Of a DNA stretch of 32,000 bases, positions 17,627 through 27,480 are shown piece by piece. The position numbers were made by a program, and so were the translations under genes. The stretch spans positions 2,910,001 to 2,942,000 of the forward strand of contig NC_020409.1 of the NCBI RefSeq assembly GCF_000341895.1, given 5' to 3'. A model generated the notes under the pieces. The model searched no databases and had not been told where the DNA came from. It was given only the letters and a program-made list of their open reading frames with translations. The stretch comes from Pseudodesulfovibrio piezophilus C1TLV30 (GTDB taxonomy: Bacteria; Desulfobacterota; Desulfovibrionia; Desulfovibrionales; Desulfovibrionaceae). Positions within the stretch are counted from its first letter, which is position 1; each line of letters begins with the position of its first letter.

Positions 17627-20278
17627 CTAGCCGGCGATCAGTTTCTTGATTTTGGCAATTGCATCAGGGATACCGGCAACATTGGTGCCACCTGCGCGAG
17701 CAAGGTCGGGGCGTCCGCCACCGCCACCACCAACTTCAGCGGCGACAGATTTAATCAGGTCTCCGGCCTTGAAGCGGTCATGCAGATCCTTGGTCACGGA
17801 GAGGGCCACAGAAACCTTGCCATCGTCATGACCTGCCAACAGGCAAATGATGCCGGAAGGCAATTTTGAGCGAAGAGCATCCATTTGTTCGAGCATCACG
17901 CCCATGTTCGGAGCTTCCAAGGCAACAGCGAGTACCTTTATCCCGTTGATTTCTTCGAGTTCGCTCAACATATCTCGGCCCGCCCCGGATGCAAGTTTGG
18001 CTTGGAGGGATTTCATTTCCTTGGCCATATCTTTGACTTGCTGTTGCAGGGCTTTGACTTTTGTTGGAATATCGGCAGGTTGTGCCTTAAGCATGGCTCC
18101 GGCCTGGCTTATAGCTTTTCTGCGTTCGTTCAAATATGCTGTGGCATTACCGCCCGTTGCCGCTTCAATCCTGCGGATGCCTGCGGCGACACCAGCTTCG
18201 CTCGTGATGACGAACGCCCCTGCTATGCCGGTGTTCTCCAGATGTGTTCCGCCGCAAAATTCCATGGATACACCGGGGACTTCGATCACGGACACAGTCT
18301 CACCGTACTTTTCGCCAAAGAGGGCTGTTGCACCTTTTGACTGGGCATCCTCTATGGACATGACTTGGCGGTCAACGGGGATGGCGTCCAGAATATTTTG
18401 ATTCACAAGCGTTTCGACCTCGGAAATTTCCGCATCAGAAAGGCCTTTTATATGCGTGAAATCAAAACGCAAACGATCCGGTCCGACCAATGACCCCGCT
18501 TGTTTGGCATGCTCGCCCAAAACTTTTTGCAAAGCGGAGTGCAGGAGATGGGTCACGGTATGGTTGCGCATGGTTGCCAGGCGTTGGCCCCGGTCAACGG
18601 TCAGTAAAACGGAATCGTCGGTTTTCATTTCTCCATCAATCACGGTGATTTTATGTGCCGTGAGTTTTTGCGATGGTTTGACAGAATCTTCGACTGTGGC
18701 TCGTCCCGCAGAGGATGCGATCTCGCCTGTATCACCCGTTTGTCCCCCGGATTCGCCGTAGAAAGGAGTGCTGGCTGCGAAAAGCCATCCTTTGGAACCT
18801 TGAGGAAGTGTCTGAACAACGGTCCCGCTTTCATTCGTCAGAAACTGGATGTGTGATTGGTCGGCCATGGTTTCATAGCCTGTAAACTCACTGGTCACAT
18901 CCTGTTCAAGCAGGGTCTGGAAAACAGAAGCCACGTCTTTTTCACCGGAGCCTTTCCACGCTGCCTTGGAGCGAGTCTTCTGCTCCTGCATCAGTGCATC
19001 AAAGGATGGCTCATCCACATCCATATCGTATCTTTCGGCAATATCACGGACGATATCGATAGGAAATCCATAGGTGTCGTAGAGTTTGAAAGTCGTTTCA
19101 CCAGGGACCAGATTGATTTTTTTCTCTTTGAGATTTGCAAGCTCTTCTTCAAGCATTTCAAGGCCTTTGTCGAGTGTTTTGGCAAACCCCTCTTCCTCGC
19201 CCTTGACGACTTCAATCATGAAATCTTTGACTTCGGCCAATTCGGTGTAGTGGTTCCCCATATCTTCGACAACCTTGGACGCTGTCTTCCAGAGGAAAGA
19301 ACCTTCCAGCCCCATGAGTTTGCCAAATCGATATGCTCGGCGAATGAGTCGGCGAAGGATATATCCGCGCCCTTCATTGGATGGCAGTACCTGGTCCGGA
19401 ATCAGGAACGCAATGGCTCGGCTGTGGTCGGCGATGACCTGCAATGCGGTGTCGATTTCTTCGCCTTCCGCACCGGGTTGGTGATATTTCACTCCGGCCA
19501 GGTCGGCAGTAAATTGGATGATGGACTGAAAAAGATCAGTCTCGTAGTTGGACGCGACTCCCTGGCAGACGGCTGCTATGCGCTCAAGTCCCATGCCAGT
19601 GTCAATGGACGGACGGGGCAGGTCAGAGCGAGTGCCGTCTTCTGCCTGCTCATACTGCATGAAAACGAGGTTCCAGATTTCCAGATAACGGTCACAGTCG
19701 CATTTGCCGATGCCACAATCCGGGCCGCAGCCCACATGTTCACCTTGATCAAAGTGGACTTCGGAGCAAGGGCCGCAGGGACCGGTGTCTCCCATGGACC
19801 AAAAATTGTCTTTTTCTCCAAGGCGGAAAATACGCTCGGTAGGAATTCCAGCAACTTTCTGCCAGAGCTTTCCGGCTTCGTCGTCGTCCTTATATATAGT
19901 AATATAGAGACGCTCCTTATCGAGCTTCAGTTCCTCGGTAAGAAATCCCCAGCAGAACCTGATGGCATCTTCCTTGAAATAATCTCCGAAGGAAAAGTTG
20001 CCCAGCATTTCAAAGAACGTGTGGTGCCGAGCTGTGCGCCCGACATTTTCCAGGTCATTGTGCTTGCCGCCGACGCGGAGGCATTTCTGTGACGTGGTGG
20101 CCCGGATATAATCCCGTTTCTCCTGGCCCAGAAAAAGTTTCTTGAACTGAACCATACCCGCATTGGTGAACATCAAGGTTGGATCATCCTTGGGTGTCAG
20201 TGGGGCGGAATCGACGATGGTGTGGCCGTTCCTCTGAAAATATTCCAGATATCTTTGACGAATTTCAGCAGCTTTCAT
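17627..20278 (-). CDS. alaS: Alanine--tRNA ligase
   Basis: Motifs [10 protein letters not shown] and [18 protein letters not shown], the editing domain, and the C-terminal [14 protein letters not shown]. The track ORF runs to a TTG at 20359. I place the start at the internal ATG ([14 protein letters not shown]) because it gives about 883 aa, has a GGAGAGAAG RBS, and the 27-codon extension contains a terminator-like hairpin. Confidence 0.93.
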   Translation of the reverse strand: MKAAEIRQRYLEYFQRNGHTIVDSAPLTPKDDPTLMFTNAGMVQFKKLFLGQEKRDYIRATTSQKCLRVGGKHNDLENVGRTARHHTFFEMLGNFSFGDYFKEDAIRFCWGFLTEELKLDKERLYITIYKDDDEAGKLWQKVAGIPTERIFRLGEKDNFWSMGDTGPCGPCSEVHFDQGEHVGCGPDCGIGKCDCDRYLEIWNLVFMQYEQAEDGTRSDLPRPSIDTGMGLERIAAVCQGVASNYETDLFQSIIQFTADLAGVKYHQPGAEGEEIDTALQVIADHSRAIAFLIPDQVLPSNEGRGYILRRLIRRAYRFGKLMGLEGSFLWKTASKVVEDMGNHYTELAEVKDFMIEVVKGEEEGFAKTLDKGLEMLEEELANLKEKKINLVPGETTFKLYDTYGFPIDIVRDIAERYDMDVDEPSFDALMQEQKTRSKAAWKGSGEKDVASVFQTLLEQDVTSEFTGYETMADQSHIQFLTNESGTVVQTLPQGSKGWLFAASTPFYGESGGQTGDTGEIASSAGRATVEDSVKPSQKLTAHKITVIDGEMKTDDSVLLTVDRGQRLATMRNHTVTHLLHSALQKVLGEHAKQAGSLVGPDRLRFDFTHIKGLSDAEISEVETLVNQNILDAIPVDRQVMSIEDAQSKGATALFGEKYGETVSVIEVPGVSMEFCGGTHLENTGIAGAFVITSEAGVAAGIRRIEAATGGNATAYLNERRKAISQAGAMLKAQPADIPTKVKALQQQVKDMAKEMKSLQAKLASGAGRDMLSELEEINGIKVLAVALEAPNMGVMLEQMDALRSKLPSGIICLLAGHDDGKVSVALSVTKDLHDRFKAGDLIKSVAAEVGGGGGGRPDLARAGGTNVAGIPDAIAKIKKLIAG

Positions 20279-20303
20279 TGGGTACTTCTCTCCAGAAAAA
20301 ATC

Positions 20304-20341
20304 TCCAAATGAAAGCGCCTCGGAGACATGTCCCGAGGCGT
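20304..20341 (-). terminator. Hairpin plus U-tract between recA and alaS (partial terminator/attenuator)
   Basis: On the minus strand, CGCCUCGG ... CCGAGGCG forms an 8-bp GC-rich stem with a loop of about 9 nt, followed by CUUUCAUUU. It lies between the recA stop and the proposed alaS ATG. Confidence 0.5.
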
Positions 20342-20361
20342 TTCATTCGGGAAAAACAAAT

Positions 20362-21414
20362 CTATTCGCCAGCGTCTCCGGCTTCAACTTCTTCAGGGGC
20401 ATCTCGGTATCCGAGATGTGTCATCAGTTTTTCTTCAATGGAACCTGCTATATCAGGATTTTCTTGAAGCAACTGTCTGACATTTTCCTTGCCCTGTCCG
20501 AGCTTTTCCGAACCATAGGCAAACCATGAGCCTGATTTTTCTATAATCCCATGTTCGACGCCCATGTCTATGAGTTCGCCCATGCGACTGATTCCCTGGC
20601 CGTATAGGACATCGACAAGGGCTTGACGGAAGGGCGGGGCGATCTTGTTCTTGACAATCTTGATGCGCGCACGAATTCCGTATGATTCTTCCTTGTCCTT
20701 CAGTGTCTGGATGCGGCGGATATCCAGTCGGCATGAAGCGTAGAATTTCAGCGCGTTTCCACCGGATGTCGTTTCCGGGTTGCCATAGCCGGTCATGCCG
20801 ATCTTCATACGGATCTGGTTGATGAAGATGACGACACAATTGGACTTGTGAATGGTGCCTGTGAGTTTTCTGAGTGCGTGTGACATCAATCGAGCCTGAC
20901 CACCCACCTGGGTCTCACCCATCTGGCCTTCCAGTTCCGCTTGCGGGATGAGCGCGGCAACCGAGTCGATGACCACGACATCGACAGCCCCGGAGCGGAC
21001 AAGCAGGTCTGCGATTTCCAGGGCTTGTTCGCCATAGTCTGGTTGCGATATCAGCAGTTCGTCCGTCTTGACCCCCAGGCGTTTTGCATAGCCGGGATCC
21101 AGAGCATGCTCGGCATCGATAAAGGCGGCATTGCCACCAGCTTTCTGAGCTTCGGCAATAATGTGCAGAGCCAGTGTTGTCTTACCGGATGATTCCGGGC
21201 CGAAGATTTCGATAACGCGTCCGCGCGGCACGCCACCAATTCCCAGGGCCATATCAAGGCCGATGGAACCGGTGGGAATGAACGGAATGGAGTGCGATGC
21301 CTCATCGTCAAGCCGCATGATTGACCCCTTGCCGAACTTGCGTTCGATAGAGGTAAGGGCGGTTCCGAGCGCTTCTTTGCGCAAGACGTCGGGGTCGACG
21401 ACTTTACGTGCCAT
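20362..21414 (-). CDS. recA: Recombinase RecA
   Basis: 350-aa [16 protein letters not shown]-loop, FIDAEHALD and VVIDSVAAL motifs, acidic C-terminal tail, AAGGAGA RBS. Confidence 0.98.
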   Translation of the reverse strand: MARKVVDPDVLRKEALGTALTSIERKFGKGSIMRLDDEASHSIPFIPTGSIGLDMALGIGGVPRGRVIEIFGPESSGKTTLALHIIAEAQKAGGNAAFIDAEHALDPGYAKRLGVKTDELLISQPDYGEQALEIADLLVRSGAVDVVVIDSVAALIPQAELEGQMGETQVGGQARLMSHALRKLTGTIHKSNCVVIFINQIRMKIGMTGYGNPETTSGGNALKFYASCRLDIRRIQTLKDKEESYGIRARIKIVKNKIAPPFRQALVDVLYGQGISRMGELIDMGVEHGIIEKSGSWFAYGSEKLGQGKENVRQLLQENPDIAGSIEEKLMTHLGYRDAPEEVEAGDAGE

Positions 21415-21704
21415 GGGTGTCTCCTTGAAAAATTACAGACGCAACAATTGAGCAACATGTTTGGATACCAGATACGTGCTCAGCGAGCAATAGTCATATG
21501 GATGCGGTTTCTTGCAGCGGGGCAATGGTCTTCCCTGTTGATATCGTTGAAAATCGGAAGAGGTTCTTTTGCCTGTTTTATTTTTTGTCTCTGAATATTC
21601 TCTTTCAGGTCATTGCCGGCATGATGCAGAAGTATGGTCTTCATGCGGGAAGAGCCGTTTACAAGGGGTTGCCCTAATGCGGATTCTCAAATAAGGGACG
21701 CCTC

Positions 21705-22781
21705 ATGAACAACACGGTGAACAAAAAATACGATGCACTCGCGCTTTTGTCCGGTGGCCTGGATTCCATACTCGCCATGCGGACTGTCATGGATCAGGGA
21801 CTGAGCGTCCTTGGTCTTCATTACGTGACTCCCTTCTTTGGCAAGGCACATCTCATTCCGTTTTGGAAAGACCATTATGGTATCGAGGTCGTTGCTGTTG
21901 ATATCTGTCAGCAGTACGTAGACATGATGTTGGACGGGCCTTCGCAAGGGTACGGAAAATGGTTGAATCCTTGTATCGATTGCAAGATCACCATGCTCTC
22001 TCATGCGGTTGAGCTCTTGACTGAATACGAAGCTGAATTCCTTATTTCAGGCGAGGTGGTCGGTCAGCGTCCCATGAGTCAGCGTGAAGATGCACTCAAT
22101 CTGATCACCAAACGGGCAGTTGTTCGCGATGTTCTGCTTCGTCCCCTCTGTGCCAAAAAACTGCCATCGACTCCCATGGAAGCGTCTGGACTTGTCGATC
22201 GTGAAAAGCTCCATGACTGGTATGGTCGCGGTCGCAAAGAGCAGTATAAGCTTGCTGCTCATTATGGCTTTACCGAGATTCCGACACCAGCTGGTGGGTG
22301 TTGCCTGACAGAAGCCAATGGTGCGGCCCGGTTCGTTCAATTGTTGATTCATAAAACCCGTCCGACTCCCAATGACTTTGCCCTGGCACGGGTCGGGCGT
22401 CAGTATTGGGCCGGTTCGCACTGGTTGACCTTTGGCCGGACCGCTGCAGACAATGCTCAGGTCGAGGCGTGTCTCCAGTCCTCGGATTCCACCTTGAAGG
22501 TGCAAGGGTTTCCCGGTCCTCTCGCTGTTTGTCGTCCGGTTGCCGAAGAATGGGATGCGAAGGCTATCGAAGATGCCGCTGCATTGGTGGCTTCCTATTC
22601 GACAAAAGCGCGCAAGCATGCCGAAAAGACAGGCGAGCACATCACTGTCAGGGTGCAGTGTGGTGAAGAATGGCATGATATCAATGTGATGCCAAGTCGG
22701 GACAATCTTCTGGATTGGACTGAACCTAAGCCTGAGATAGTCAAGGCCTGGAAGAAAGATCTTCTCGAAGCAGACCGATAG
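21705..22781 (+). CDS. PP-loop ATP pyrophosphatase family protein (ThiI/MnmA-like putative tRNA sulfurtransferase)
   Basis: 358-aa ORF. N-terminal SGGxDS PP-loop (ALLSGGLDS), NPCIDCK, GEVVGQRPMSQ and LRPL motifs resemble ThiI/MnmA-type thiolation enzymes. The exact function is not resolved. Confidence 0.75.
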   Translation: MNNTVNKKYDALALLSGGLDSILAMRTVMDQGLSVLGLHYVTPFFGKAHLIPFWKDHYGIEVVAVDICQQYVDMMLDGPSQGYGKWLNPCIDCKITMLSHAVELLTEYEAEFLISGEVVGQRPMSQREDALNLITKRAVVRDVLLRPLCAKKLPSTPMEASGLVDREKLHDWYGRGRKEQYKLAAHYGFTEIPTPAGGCCLTEANGAARFVQLLIHKTRPTPNDFALARVGRQYWAGSHWLTFGRTAADNAQVEACLQSSDSTLKVQGFPGPLAVCRPVAEEWDAKAIEDAAALVASYSTKARKHAEKTGEHITVRVQCGEEWHDINVMPSRDNLLDWTEPKPEIVKAWKKDLLEADR

Positions 22782-22819
22782 TCCTTGCTCCATTGAGTCT
22801 CGTCAAATAGAGTGGGATA

Positions 22820-23749
22820 ATGACATTTGACATCATTACTTTTTGTGCTTCGGCTCTTCTCTTGTGGTTCGGTGCGAATTGGATCGTGACATCGGCGGCG
22901 CTTATAGCCCGGAAATACAACGTTTCCGAGCTGGTTATCGGATTGACCATCGTGGCTCTGGGGACTTCCGCTCCCGAATTTCTCGTGACGGTCAATGCGG
23001 CCCTGCGTGGGCACAATGACATTTCCCTTTCCAATGTTGTTGGTTCCAATATCTTCAATCTTGGGTTTATTCTTGGCCTCATGGCTATGATAAAGCCACT
23101 TATTTCAAATAAAACAATTGTTTATCGTGATGGTTTGCTTCTATTCATGACGACAGCAGGCATTCTGCTGGTTTCCATGACTGGGGAACTTGGCCGTTTT
23201 TTTGGTGGCGCACTGATAACTTTGCTCGTCATATATCTGGTTTATCTTGGCATGAAGCGGGAATCCCCTGGTGAAGAAGAATTGGAGGAACTGGAAGGGA
23301 GGACCGCCACATGGAAAGATGTCGGAATTCTTGTCGCCGGTTTCGTCTCTATTGCAGCGGGTGGGCATCTCATGGTTTCTGCCGCGACCAGTATTGCGAC
23401 CACATTCGGGGTTTCCTCGTGGGTTATTGGTGTGACCATTGTTGCGGCCGGGACGAGCCTTCCTGAATTGGTGACCTGTCTTGCCGCCTCGGTCAAAGGC
23501 AAGAATGAAATGTTGCTCGGCAATCTTATCGGTTCGGATTTTTTCAATTTTGCCGGTGTGCTCGGATTGACATGCCTCCTTAAACCCTTGCCGGTTTCAG
23601 CAGAGGCTTCGTCCGGGTTGATCATGCTGGTAGGGATGGTGGGGTTGGTCCTGCTTCTTTTGCGGACCGGTTGGCGGCTCACCCGCTTGGAAGGCGCTTT
23701 GCTTGTGGCAATCAATCTGCTGCGCTGGGCGCGGGATTTCATGGTATAG
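22820..23749 (+). CDS. CaCA-family cation/Ca2+ antiporter (YrbG-like)
   Basis: 309-aa multi-TM ORF with the two alpha-repeat signatures GTSAPEF and GTSLPEL. Confidence 0.9.
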   Translation: MTFDIITFCASALLLWFGANWIVTSAALIARKYNVSELVIGLTIVALGTSAPEFLVTVNAALRGHNDISLSNVVGSNIFNLGFILGLMAMIKPLISNKTIVYRDGLLLFMTTAGILLVSMTGELGRFFGGALITLLVIYLVYLGMKRESPGEEELEELEGRTATWKDVGILVAGFVSIAAGGHLMVSAATSIATTFGVSSWVIGVTIVAAGTSLPELVTCLAASVKGKNEMLLGNLIGSDFFNFAGVLGLTCLLKPLPVSAEASSGLIMLVGMVGLVLLLLRTGWRLTRLEGALLVAINLLRWARDFMV

Positions 23750-24023
23750 TCGGCGCTTTTCATAATGAAGAAGGGCGCAATGCGCTTTGCTTGTTTTTCG
23801 AAACGATCACGGATCTGCGTTTTTCGTTCCGCTTGTATTCATGTGAAAGTATCGATAAGGGGCTGAATCATCCCGTTCCTGATCTGTATCGAAAAAAGGG
23901 TCAACCCCAAGGATTCCTTGCCGGGGAGTTTGTCGGGGATTCCTTTGGCATAAATGTACCGGGTCGCCCCTTGTACGTTTCACTCATTCCATATGCTTCC
24001 TTCGAACTTTTCGTATCCCGTGA

Positions 24024-24058
24024 ATACGCCCAAGAACAGCGTCTGTCCTTGGGCGTAT
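24024..24058. other. Perfect 11-bp stem hairpin in a convergent intergenic region (possible rnr or antiporter terminator)
   Basis: ATACGCCCAAG (24024-24034) / CTTGGGCGTAT (24048-24058) with a 13-nt loop. Neither side has a clear U-tract. Confidence 0.4.
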
Positions 24059-24125
24059 TGTTAGGTCATATGGTATGCAGCATCTCTCATGAAAGGAGAG
24101 CGCACAGTTCGGATATGATTGTCCT

Positions 24126-26363
24126 CTAAATGAGTTCTTTGTAGTTTTTTGCTGACCCTGTCACTGACTTGAGTTTGAAGTTCAACTCCAATCTTTCGAG
24201 GCTGACATCTTCAAGGATCACTTCCACGGTCTGACCCAGCTTGAAGGCTTGTCCAGTGCGTTCGCCAACGAGCATTTCGCGATGGGCCCAGTAGGTGTAG
24301 TAATCGTCATCCATAGTTGACAACCGGACCATCCCTTCAGCCATGACTTCGCGCAATTCCACATAGAACCCATAGTCGGTGATGTGGGAAATAACTCCGC
24401 CAAATGTTCCCCCGACCTTGTCGCGCATGAAGAGGACCATGACACGCTTGAGGATTTCTCGCTCGGCATTCATGGCCGCGCGTTCTCGCTTTGATATTTG
24501 TTCGGCAATGTTGAAGAGTCGTTTCTGTCCTGGAATAGAAGAAGTTGGTTGGCTTGTATCGTCAAGGGAAAGGGCCGATTTGACCAGTCTGTGAACCACC
24601 AGGTCGGCGTATCGCCTGATGGGAGAGGTAAAGTGGCAGTATTCTTCTGAGGCCAGCCCGAAGTGCCCTTCGTTTTCAGGCGAATATTTCGCTTGTTTCA
24701 TGGATCGCAGGAGCATCCTGTTGACGATGTATTCCTTGTCTGTCCCCTTTTGGGAAGCGACCAAAGCCTGGATGGCCTTGGGGGTCATCTCCTTGGGCAT
24801 GGTGATGCTTTTATCGGTTTGGGCCAGCAGTCGAAACATGGTTTTGAGTCGCTCTTCATCAGCCGGAGGATGGATACGAAAGAGGCATGGCAGGTCTTTT
24901 TGAATCAGAAAGTGAGCAACCGCTTCGTTGGCCGCGATCATGAATTCTTCGATGAGCTGGTGCCCGAAGTGGCGTTTTTTTGGCCTGATGTCTGTTGTTT
25001 CTCCGTCGACATCAAAGAGGATTTCCGGTTCAGGCAGATCAAAGTCGAGGGAGCCTCGTCTGGAACGAAGCGTGTTGATTTTCCTTGCCAGTTCCTCGGC
25101 TAACTCCAGCATGGGAAGGATATGGGCTATCTTGGCCCGAGTATCCTCTTCCTTGTCGAGAATGGCGAGTTTGACTTGTCCATAGGTCAGGCGGGCATGA
25201 CTTTCGATAACTGCGGGGAAAACTTTGGTGTTTCGAGTCACGCCTTTGTCGTCTGTGTCCATTCGGGCGACCATGACCAGTCGTTTGACATTGGGGTTGA
25301 GAGAGCACAATCCATTGGAAAGACGCTCTGGGAACATCGGCTCCACGGATTGGGGAAAATAGTAGGAATTTCCTCTTTCTAGAGCTTCTTTATCCAGCGG
25401 GCTGCCTTCTGGCACATAGTGGGAAACATCGGCGATAGCGACCCAGAGTCGGTAGCCGCGCGGCATTTTCTCCACAAGAATGGCGTCGTCAAAATCCTTG
25501 GCAGTGGCGCCGTCAATAGTAATGAACTGTTTTGATGTCAGATCCTTCCTGCCCCTGATATCTTTTTCGGCAGGCTCATTGGGAAGAGCCTCAGCCTGGC
25601 TTATCGAGCCGGAAGGGAACCGAAGTCGAATAGTATGGTTGGACTTGACGAGGGCTTCTTGCACTGAAATATCGGATTCCGGTCCGAGGTATGAGGTGAT
25701 CCTTCCTTCCCACATGGTCGGATCGATTCTTTCTCCCGGTTCGCATAAGGCGATGTCACCCTGTTTGAGTTCAAGGGTCTGGTCCTCAAGTTCTGCCATG
25801 ATACCGAAAGCGAGGCGGGGATCAGTGGGGCGGCAAAGCCAGTCCCCATTGCGCATTTTTTTGTAGAGTTTGACCGGGAGCGTTTTTCTTCCCCGTTCGA
25901 GCACTCGGATTATTCGGCCTTCATTATTGCGCTGCCCCTTGTTCTCCTTGATGACGACTGCCACGACTTTATCGCCATGCCATGCCTCGTTGATATCGCG
26001 CTGATTGATGAAAATGTCTTTTCGGCGGGAATCTTCGGGAATGACGAAACCGAATCCACCGCGCTGGATTTCCAACTGGCCTGTTACGCAGTTCATAGAT
26101 TCAGCCAGGCCGTAGCCGCGGCGCATCCGAATGAGCTTACCCTGTTCAACCAAGGCCGCGAGCATTTCTTTGACAGCGGGTTTGTCTCTTTTCTTGAGCT
26201 TAAGCTCTCGAACAACTTCGGCTCGGGAAAGCGGACGTTTTATTTCTCTGAAGAGCTTGAGCAGGAGGGAAAGAGAAAGGGGTGGAGTGGACGGTCTTGG
26301 TTGTTGGCGTTTCTTTTTAGCCACGGCTTTTTTCCCCGGAATGTTGTTTTTCTTTTTCGCCAC
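24126..26363 (-). CDS. rnr: Ribonuclease R
   Basis: 745-aa ORF. Basic N-terminus and HTH-like region, cold-shock-like domains, RNB catalytic motif ITIDGATAKDFDDAILVE, C-terminal S1 domain (GGVISHITDYGFYVEL). Confidence 0.95.
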   Translation of the reverse strand: MAKKKNNIPGKKAVAKKKRQQPRPSTPPLSLSLLLKLFREIKRPLSRAEVVRELKLKKRDKPAVKEMLAALVEQGKLIRMRRGYGLAESMNCVTGQLEIQRGGFGFVIPEDSRRKDIFINQRDINEAWHGDKVVAVVIKENKGQRNNEGRIIRVLERGRKTLPVKLYKKMRNGDWLCRPTDPRLAFGIMAELEDQTLELKQGDIALCEPGERIDPTMWEGRITSYLGPESDISVQEALVKSNHTIRLRFPSGSISQAEALPNEPAEKDIRGRKDLTSKQFITIDGATAKDFDDAILVEKMPRGYRLWVAIADVSHYVPEGSPLDKEALERGNSYYFPQSVEPMFPERLSNGLCSLNPNVKRLVMVARMDTDDKGVTRNTKVFPAVIESHARLTYGQVKLAILDKEEDTRAKIAHILPMLELAEELARKINTLRSRRGSLDFDLPEPEILFDVDGETTDIRPKKRHFGHQLIEEFMIAANEAVAHFLIQKDLPCLFRIHPPADEERLKTMFRLLAQTDKSITMPKEMTPKAIQALVASQKGTDKEYIVNRMLLRSMKQAKYSPENEGHFGLASEEYCHFTSPIRRYADLVVHRLVKSALSLDDTSQPTSSIPGQKRLFNIAEQISKRERAAMNAEREILKRVMVLFMRDKVGGTFGGVISHITDYGFYVELREVMAEGMVRLSTMDDDYYTYWAHREMLVGERTGQAFKLGQTVEVILEDVSLERLELNFKLKSVTGSAKNYKELI

Positions 26364-27438
26364 GTCGGCGTTTGCTTAATTTCTCATGGTGGCGGTTCCA
26401 CCATGTGTCAAATCGGACTTTCTCGCCGATCGAGGATGGCCCGAATTCAACTCTCAGGTCGAATTGCCAGAATGCTTCGTTGCACATGGGGCCGAGTTTG
26501 ACTGCGTCTTTAGGGGTGCATAAAATTGTCTTGCAGCCGAGTTTTCGTGCGGTGGCCTGCATTTCGAGCATGTCGCTTTTGGTATAGGAGTGGTGGTCTC
26601 TGTAAATCATATGCCTGACAGGTGGATATCCGAGGAACTGTGTGGCCGTTCTCTTGACCAATTCGGGGTCGCCGACACCTGTCACCAGGAGGTATCCTGC
26701 GCCTTCGAAGTTTTCCGCAGTCTCCGGGCCGATAATCTGACTGACACTTGTGGGCACGACTCGAAAGCTGAAAAAAGGTTTGTGCAGATGGTCGAGACGT
26801 TCCTTGAAAAGAGGGAGCAGTCGTTTGAAATAGGCTGGTCCGGCCTTCACCATAAAAGCATCGGCACGCTTGAGCGCTGAGACTGGTTCACGCCACGATC
26901 CTGCCGGGGTAACGGCATTCCATTGGGTCGATAAATCTTCCGGCCGCAGCAGTACCAGATTGAAATCCCGTGCAACAGCCATGTGTTGAAATCCGTCGTC
27001 AAGAACAATGAGATGGGGCTTGAATTGCCTGACCCCCAGTTTGCCTCCCCGCGTTCGAACAGGATCGACAATGATATGCGCTTCGGGATGTGTCGTGGCA
27101 AGCATGAGCGGTTCGTCTCCTGCTTCTTCCGGGAGTGCTCCGGGGAGGACTCTATACGGGTAGGAAACGGGTTTAGCCTTGTAACCGCGAGTCAGGAGCA
27201 GTGGGCGCAGGTTGTTTTTTTTTGCCCAGTCAAGGAGCCAGCCTGCTATGGGAGTTTTGCCGGAGCCTCCCCAGCCGATGTTTCCAACAGAGACTGTCAG
27301 AGGGGTGGGTTTCCATGCGGTGAAAAGTCCATAGCCATAGAGGTTCTCTCTGAGTCGCATCAAGGCCCCATACCCCCAGGACAGGGGCTTGAGCATCGGA
27401 GAAAGGAGAGTCTGTATCGTGGTGATGGAGTCGGGCAT
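26317..27438 (-). CDS. lpxK: Tetraacyldisaccharide 4'-kinase
   Basis: 373-aa ORF. VGNIGWGGSGKTP P-loop and ILDDGFQH motif. Its basic C-terminal tail overlaps the rnr start by 47 nt. Confidence 0.9.
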   Translation of the reverse strand: MPDSITTIQTLLSPMLKPLSWGYGALMRLRENLYGYGLFTAWKPTPLTVSVGNIGWGGSGKTPIAGWLLDWAKKNNLRPLLLTRGYKAKPVSYPYRVLPGALPEEAGDEPLMLATTHPEAHIIVDPVRTRGGKLGVRQFKPHLIVLDDGFQHMAVARDFNLVLLRPEDLSTQWNAVTPAGSWREPVSALKRADAFMVKAGPAYFKRLLPLFKERLDHLHKPFFSFRVVPTSVSQIIGPETAENFEGAGYLLVTGVGDPELVKRTATQFLGYPPVRHMIYRDHHSYTKSDMLEMQATARKLGCKTILCTPKDAVKLGPMCNEAFWQFDLRVEFGPSSIGEKVRFDTWWNRHHEKLSKRRRGEKEKQHSGEKSRG

Positions 27439-27440
27439 AA

Positions 27441-27468
27441 GTAAGAAGGGGAGGCGAGAAGCCTCCCC
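27441..27468 (-). terminator. Rho-independent terminator downstream of ybhL
   Basis: GGGGAGGC / GCCTCCCC, an 8-bp stem (27448-27455 / 27461-27468) with a 5-nt loop. UUCUUACUU follows on the minus strand. It lies 12 nt after the ybhL stop and ends about 10 nt before the lpxK ATG. Confidence 0.6.
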
Positions 27469-27480
27469 GCTTGGAATTGA

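Noticed and set aside
18857-20092. 411-aa plus-strand ORF antisense to alaS. Similar long shadow ORFs: 16318..17220 (+) opposite rpsI/rplM, 7122..7955 (-) and 8690..9505 (-) opposite the kinase operon, 11198..11977 (+) and 13209..14084 (+) opposite the ABC genes, 22047..22793 (-) opposite the PP-loop gene, and 30568..31209 (+) opposite the GGDEF gene.
   Set aside because: Each lies entirely opposite a gene with unmistakable family motifs. None has a recognisable motif or RBS, and their composition is low-complexity (Arg/Ser/Pro/Gly-rich), as expected for antisense frames.
20279-20359. 27-codon N-terminal extension of alaS in the ORF track (TTG start).
   Set aside because: It contains a terminator-like hairpin, and the downstream ATG has a good RBS and a canonical AlaS N-terminus.
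21415-21704. Search for an SOS box upstream of recA, plus a 54-codon minus-strand ORF (about 21645-21481, MKTILLHHAGNDLKEN...).
   Set aside because: No CTGT-N8-ACAG, GAAC-N4-GTTC or GTTC-N7-GTTC type site was found. The only features are a short palindrome AACATGTT (21454-21461) and a TGTTGC direct repeat with an 11-nt period on the recA strand, which is too weak to call an operator. The small ORF lacks an RBS.
23671-24129. 152-aa plus-strand ORF spanning the antiporter 3' end and the convergent spacer.
   Set aside because: It overlaps a well-supported gene in another frame, has no RBS and has no recognisable domain.
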